Below, piece by piece: positions 59,640-64,000 of a DNA stretch of 64,000 bases. The notes under the pieces were generated by a model. It was not told the DNA's origin. It did no database searches and saw nothing but the letters and a program-made list of their open reading frames with translations. The stretch is from Bacteroidota bacterium (GTDB lineage Bacteria > Bacteroidota > Ignavibacteria > Kryptoniales > JAKASW01), in assembly GCA_021825585.1 (NCBI GenBank), contig JAKAGT010000005.1, positions 31,265 to 95,264 of the forward strand, in the 5' to 3' direction. The translations under genes were made by a program, and so were the position numbers. Positions within the stretch are counted from its first letter, which is position 1, and each line of letters starts with the position of its first letter.

Positions 59640-60163
59640 GAGGAAGACTGCGCCTTTCTGTCGAAGTACGCAGACATTTCCTCGTTCCCCATCGACGAGT
59701 AAAACACTGAGAGCTGCTTGTAAAGAGGAACCGGGTCGTCAACGAACGGCAGGCCTTCCTTCAAAAAGGAAATCACATTCTCCATATCCGGTATCTTTAA
59801 GTCGGGGTCGAACAGAGTGCATGCCGAGAGGAAAGGGTCCAGGGATTTTCTGTCGAACTCCGACGCCTTCTTGAGGCAGAGGAATGACAGCTCGAGAGAG
59901 TCCGAATGGGGAGTTTTAGACTCCATGACTTTCGAAAGCCACATGTAAACGTCGAAGCCCATATGCGGAAAGCCTCTCTCGATCTTCTTTGCGAAAAATA
60001 GCAGCTCTTCCGGTTTCAGGCTGCTGTTCGAGAAGAGCTCCCTATACACATCAACGTCACTTATATTATGTTCGATTGCTTCACGGAAAGCTTCGAAGAG
60101 GTCGTTAAAGTCCTGTCCGTTTCTGAACTGCCTCTTTATTTCATCAGCTGAGAATTCTCGCAC
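59636..60163 (-). CDS. Hypothetical all-alpha (TPR/HEAT-like) protein
   Basis: 175 aa filling the gap between rlpA and eamA, 4-bp overlap with eamA; amphipathic helical pattern; no family recognised. Confidence 0.65.
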   Translation of the reverse strand: MREFSADEIKRQFRNGQDFNDLFEAFREAIEHNISDVDVYRELFSNSSLKPEELLFFAKKIERGFPHMGFDVYMWLSKVMESKTPHSDSLELSFLCLKKASEFDRKSLDPFLSACTLFDPDLKIPDMENVISFLKEGLPFVDDPVPLYKQLSVFYSSMGNEEMSAYFDRKAQSSS

Positions 60164-60194
60164 GGCCCATCCGAATAGGAATGTAGATTGGGTT

Positions 60195-60647
60195 TCACTT
60201 GCCGCTGTCGCCCCACTTCAGTACCTGGATCTTCACCCTGGCCGTACCGGCTTCGATCATTCCGATGTCGCGGGCGGCAGCCTCCGATAGATCTATGATT
60301 CTCGACTTATCGACGGGGCCGCGATCGTTTACGACCACTTGCACGCTCTCGTTATTGCTCAGATTTGTCACTCTAAGGATTGTGCCGAACGGGAACTCAC
60401 GATGGGCCGCGGTCAAGGCGTTCTTGTCGAAGGTCTCGCCGCTTGCTGTCTCCTTCCCGTTGAATCCAACCGAGTAATAAGAAGCTACACCTTCTATTGT
60501 CAGGAGGACTTTGCTGTGGAAAGTGTTCGGCCGGGCTGGAGTTGTAGCCGGAGTGGTCGGCCCTGCACCGGTAAAACGGGCCGCCGCGGAGCAGCCCGCA
60601 AGATAGAGTGCAGAGGCACACATTGCGGCAGCCGGAAGTCTTTTCAA
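60195..60647 (-). CDS. rlpA: RlpA-family lytic transglycosylase lipoprotein (DPBB only, no SPOR)
   Basis: Lipobox LAGC; GVASYY, TASGE, TAAH..PFGT, VNDRGP, RIIDLS. Start TTG 60647 overlapping the manC stop. Confidence 0.92.
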   Translation of the reverse strand: MKRLPAAAMCASALYLAGCSAAARFTGAGPTTPATTPARPNTFHSKVLLTIEGVASYYSVGFNGKETASGETFDKNALTAAHREFPFGTILRVTNLSNNESVQVVVNDRGPVDKSRIIDLSEAAARDIGMIEAGTARVKIQVLKWGDSGK

Positions 60648-61726
60648 ACAAAATCCTGTCTGTCTTGCTTCCTGAGTATCTCCACAATTTCTTTTACGCC
60701 TTGAGACTCGCCTCTTTTGCAGATTAACACTGCGTCTTTTGTCTCGACGACGATAAGGTCTTCGACTCCAACAAGTGCAATCAATTTCTCTTCGGCCCAT
60801 ATGAGGTTATTTAAGCTTCGGATACCGATAACATCTCCTTTAATGGAATTACCTTCGTTGTTTCTGTCGCCCAGCTTGTACACTTCATCCCATGATCCGA
60901 CGTCGCTCCACGTAAAACTGCTCGGAATCGTGAGTACATTCTTCGCTTTTTCCATTACGGCATAATCGACCGAAATGGATTCCACGCGCAAATAAAACTC
61001 TTCCAGTTGTTTTGAAAAGTCCTCATTGCCGAAAGATGATTTCAATGGAGAATGGAAATCGGAAAAATGTGTCAGGTTTCTTCTCAGTTCGTCGAGTATT
61101 ATATCCACCCGCCAAATGAACATCCCGCTATTCCAGAGATAATCCCCGCTTTTCAGGAAGGCGACTGCAGTCTCCATGTCCGGTTTCTCTTTGAACTCGA
61201 TGACGTTATAGCCTGCGTGGCTTACTATCTCCTTTTTCTCAGTGTGCGGATCGAAATGAATATATCCGAAACCGGTCTCTGGATGGGTCGGCCTTATGCC
61301 CAGCGTGACGAGTGCCCGCTCCTTATCGGCAAGACGCACGGCATCTTTGAGCTGAGCCACGAAATTCTCTTCCTGTGAAATCAGGTGGTCAGACGGAAGG
61401 ACAACCATTACCGCGTCCTCGGTGATCGATGAGATTGCGGATGCTGCGACGGCGATGCACGGGGCGGTGTTCCTCCCGAATGGCTCGACAATGATGTTTT
61501 CCGGCGGGAGCTGCGGCAGCTGCATGGAGGCCGCCTCTCTTTGCACCTTGTTTGTCACTACGAAGGTGTTCTCAGGAGTGACGATCTCCGATATCCGGTC
61601 GTACGTCCGTTGATACAGCGTCCTATCGCCAAAGACGTGTTGAAACTGTTTGGGCGTCGCTTCTCTACTCTTGGGCCAGAAGCGTGATCCTACTCCGCCC
61701 GCCATAATGACTGCAAAGACTCTCAT
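60644..61726 (-). CDS. manC: Mannose-1-phosphate guanylyltransferase
   Basis: MAGGVGSRFWPKSR..PKQF, EPFGRNTAP, PSDH, ETGFGYI, FKEKP, WNSGMF, SVDYAVME, WSDVGSW. Confidence 0.94.
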   Translation of the reverse strand: MRVFAVIMAGGVGSRFWPKSREATPKQFQHVFGDRTLYQRTYDRISEIVTPENTFVVTNKVQREAASMQLPQLPPENIIVEPFGRNTAPCIAVAASAISSITEDAVMVVLPSDHLISQEENFVAQLKDAVRLADKERALVTLGIRPTHPETGFGYIHFDPHTEKKEIVSHAGYNVIEFKEKPDMETAVAFLKSGDYLWNSGMFIWRVDIILDELRRNLTHFSDFHSPLKSSFGNEDFSKQLEEFYLRVESISVDYAVMEKAKNVLTIPSSFTWSDVGSWDEVYKLGDRNNEGNSIKGDVIGIRSLNNLIWAEEKLIALVGVEDLIVVETKDAVLICKRGESQGVKEIVEILRKQDRQDFV

Positions 61727-61734
61727 GTGTCGCT

Positions 61735-62865
61735 CTAATCTGCCGTGGATTGGTTTGCGTCGATATATATTCTCGGTACCCGGTTGTTTATCATGCACAG
61801 GATTTCGTATGGGATTGTCCCCAGACTGGCGGCAAGGTCCCATGCCGTTTCAGCTTCATCCCCGCTTCTTCCAATAAGTGTCACTTCGTTGCCGGGCTGT
61901 ACCTCGAAATCGCTGCCGAGGTCAACCATGATATGATCCATCGTTATCGTCCCGACAACCGGATACCTTTTCCCGTTCATAAGCACCGAGGTCTTACCGG
62001 TCAGCATCCTGGTGTATCCGTCCCCGTAGCCTATCGGAACGACGGCTATTCTGTTCTTGCTCTTGGTGAAATACTTTCTTCCATAGCTTACACTCATGCC
62101 GGGTTGAAAAGTCTTGATATTGACGACGCTTGATTTCAGAGATAACGCCGGCCTGATGTCGACAGACTCGCTCGTCTCGATTGAGGGATAATAACCGTAT
62201 GTCATTATTCCCGGACGGACCATGTCGAAAAAAGCCTCCGGCATGTCAAGAATCGCCCCGCTATTAGCGGTATGGAATAAAGGAGACTCCAGTCCCAGGT
62301 CTCTTACTGCTGCCGTGACCCCCTTGAATTCTCGAAGCTGGCGGTATGCGAATTCCTTGTTCGATTCATCCGACGTAGCAAAATGTGAGTATACGCCGAC
62401 TATGGACAGGGAATCGAGGCTTGATATCGCTCGAACGGCATCGATTGCCACGTTCGGAAAGAATCCGAGCCTTCCCATCCCGGTGTCGACCTTGATTTGC
62501 ACCTTCGCTTTCTTTCCGGCCGATCTGGCAACTGAATTCAAAGCGTGCGCCGTCTCGATTGAAGAGATAGAAGCATCGAGGTCGAATCGTACAAACGTCT
62601 CCAGCGATTCCTCGACCGGCGGTGAGAAGACCAGGATCGGTACGTTCGTGTGTTGTCTGAGCTCAATACCTTCTTCAGCCAGGGCAACTCCCAGATAACT
62701 GGCCCCGGCGTCCACCACTGTCTTCATCACCGGAACCAGTCCGTGACCGTAGGCATTGGCCTTGACGACGCCCATGATGCGAACATTGTTCCCCACCCTG
62801 TGGGCTATCTGACTTATGTTATATCTGATTGCCGATAAGTCAACTTCGGCGCGAGTTATTCTCAT
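61735..62865 (-). CDS. alr: Alanine racemase
   Basis: VVKANAYGHG (PLP Lys), KVDTGMGRLG, SHFA, VRPG, SYG, GYGDGY, PYE. Confidence 0.98.
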   Translation of the reverse strand: MRITRAEVDLSAIRYNISQIAHRVGNNVRIMGVVKANAYGHGLVPVMKTVVDAGASYLGVALAEEGIELRQHTNVPILVFSPPVEESLETFVRFDLDASISSIETAHALNSVARSAGKKAKVQIKVDTGMGRLGFFPNVAIDAVRAISSLDSLSIVGVYSHFATSDESNKEFAYRQLREFKGVTAAVRDLGLESPLFHTANSGAILDMPEAFFDMVRPGIMTYGYYPSIETSESVDIRPALSLKSSVVNIKTFQPGMSVSYGRKYFTKSKNRIAVVPIGYGDGYTRMLTGKTSVLMNGKRYPVVGTITMDHIMVDLGSDFEVQPGNEVTLIGRSGDEAETAWDLAASLGTIPYEILCMINNRVPRIYIDANQSTAD

Positions 62866-62871
62866 TTGTTT

Positions 62872-62899
62872 AATATACTCTCGTGTGAAAAATTTTCAA
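62872..62899 (-). promoter_or_regulatory. Putative sigma70 promoter giving a leaderless alr mRNA
   Basis: TTGAAA-N16-TATATT-N6-ATG; no SD. Confidence 0.6.
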
Positions 62900-63180
62900 A
62901 AACCTGAATGGTGGACTAGTTTAAATGGCCGGATTTGATTCTCAACAGCTTTTATGAAGTAAATTCTCTTGCAACGACGCGAAGCCCGCAAGGGGAAAAT
63001 GAGCAGGAAATTCATCCCTCGCGACTCATCGCCTTTTCGGGTGCAAGACAAATCACTGCCAGACCATGGCATTCGTCGGATATGAATCGACCCCATGCGT
63101 GTTCGCCGCACGGTAGCCGCACGAGTTCGATGCAATACTCCGGCTTTTCGTCAGGGCGAAGAAACCTGGTGAGAATTCCC

Positions 63181-63777
63181 CTACTTAACTTCTTTCAGTG
63201 CGGAACGGACCAGCTGTTCGACTGTGCTTCCGGCCGAAGCATCCTTTTTCAGCACTTCTCTTATAGCGCGCTCACATTGGGGCCTCGAATAGCCGAGCGC
63301 TACAAGCGCATCTACTGCATTTCCCCTGACTTCTTCTCTGATCTCAAGCATCTCCCCTCCCATGAGAATCCCGGCACGATGGATCTTGTCGCGCAGCTCG
63401 AGGACAAGCCTCTCGGCGGTCTTCTTCCCGATGCCGGGAATCGAAGTGAGTGCCTGGGAATTGGATGTTGCAATGAACTCATAAATGTCTGTAACGCTTG
63501 CGGACGACAAAAGGCTTAACGCAGTCCTGGGACCGATACCGGTAACACCTGTGAGGAGCTTGAAAAGCTTCCGTTCATCGGGCGAGCCGAATCCGTATAA
63601 CGTCATGTCATCTTCGTGTACTACCAGGACCGTAAAAAGGGTTACTTCGTCGCCTACTTTACCCGCGTCGTCGTAAGCTGTCAGGGGGACGTTCACTTCA
63701 TATCCCACACCATTGACATCGACGACAAGCGAAGTGGGATTCTTCTCGACCAACCGCCCTGTCAATCGATAAATCAT
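63181..63777 (-). CDS. ruvA: Holliday junction branch migration protein RuvA
   Basis: [39 protein letters not shown]. Start trimmed to ATG 63777. Confidence 0.97.
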   Translation of the reverse strand: MIYRLTGRLVEKNPTSLVVDVNGVGYEVNVPLTAYDDAGKVGDEVTLFTVLVVHEDDMTLYGFGSPDERKLFKLLTGVTGIGPRTALSLLSSASVTDIYEFIATSNSQALTSIPGIGKKTAERLVLELRDKIHRAGILMGGEMLEIREEVRGNAVDALVALGYSRPQCERAIREVLKKDASAGSTVEQLVRSALKEVK

Positions 63778-64000
63778 CGCACACGACCGCCAGCGCTTCT
63801 TCGTACGATGCGTCTTTTGTTCTTGTCCACGAACTCCTTCCAGCTCCTGTATGTCCTGCCGCTGCGGTCGGAATTCTGAACATGACAGATGGCGATGGCA
63901 CACGCGTCTGCCTCGTCCTCGCTAATGGGGACTTCTCCATCCAGATGGAGAAGGTTCCTGACCATGTACTTCACCTGACTTTTGGAGGCATTCCCGTTTC
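63774..64000 (-). CDS. ruvC: Holliday junction resolvase RuvC, C-terminal part (runs off the window end)
   Basis: [24 protein letters not shown]; ATGA overlap with ruvA. Confidence 0.92.
   Translation of the reverse strand, partial: NGNASKSQVKYMVRNLLHLDGEVPISEDEADACAIAICHVQNSDRSGRTYRSWKEFVDKNKRRIVRRSAGGRVR

Noticed and set aside
55658-63903. Long N-terminal extensions in ORF-track calls (amrB, amrA, rlpA, manC, ruvA; also hisH, proC and lutB earlier in the window)
   Set aside because: They are artefacts of first-start calling; downstream starts have SDs or stop/start overlaps and match family N-termini.
62-63974. Numerous antisense or alternate-frame ORFs of 60-280 aa (for example 32399-33001, 43092-43934, 53872-54693)
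   Set aside because: They are shadows of well-supported genes, with no recognisable motifs or SDs.
1-64000. CRISPR arrays, IS/integrase/phage genes, tRNA/rRNA, inteins, Sec/Pyl readthrough
   Set aside because: No spaced direct repeats, transposase or integrase motifs, cloverleafs or in-frame stops were seen. ClpB, DnaK, Rho and AmrS have ordinary lengths.

Overview
Core-genome window with no mobile elements, CRISPR arrays, tRNA or rRNA that I can support. It has about 57 CDS, roughly four-fifths on the minus strand. The organism is probably a non-Bacteroidia FCB-group bacterium (Ignavibacteria/Kryptonia-like). This is an inference from gene content, the presence of Shine-Dalgarno motifs and classical TTGACA/TAnnnT promoters. 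Contents in order: M1 peptidase (partial), SSS transporter plus small partner, lptFG, ggt, fbp, a his/proC/purE/pfkB/rfbD/serS/ABC-exporter superoperon, dnaK-clpB, lutABC, bi-domain oxidoreductase, beta-barrel OMP, uppP, cyclophilin, holA, acyl-CoA ligase/thioesterase, GH20, rho-thiolase-hbd-ACAD, folC, pyrK/pyrD, a TPR lipoprotein, a macrodomain-methyltransferase pair, a lone receiver protein with mnmA, the uncharacterised AmmeMemoRadiSam trio followed by DUF2520-rmlA-crotonase, trmH, eamA, rlpA, manC, alr, ruvA and ruvC (partial). I did not find a clearly new multi-gene system. The best leads are: (1) a sigma54-type promoter plus upstream palindrome driving dnaK-clpB with no CIRCE; (2) an intact, separately promoted AmmeMemoRadiSam operon next to trmH; (3) recurrent TATATT -10 boxes abutting start codons, suggesting leaderless mRNAs; (4) a D-hydroxyacid dehydrogenase wedged between the halves of a heterodimeric ABC exporter; (5) a macrodomain plus CxxC-methyltransferase pair; (6) a repeat-bearing rho leader. 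All calls are by eye, without database searches.
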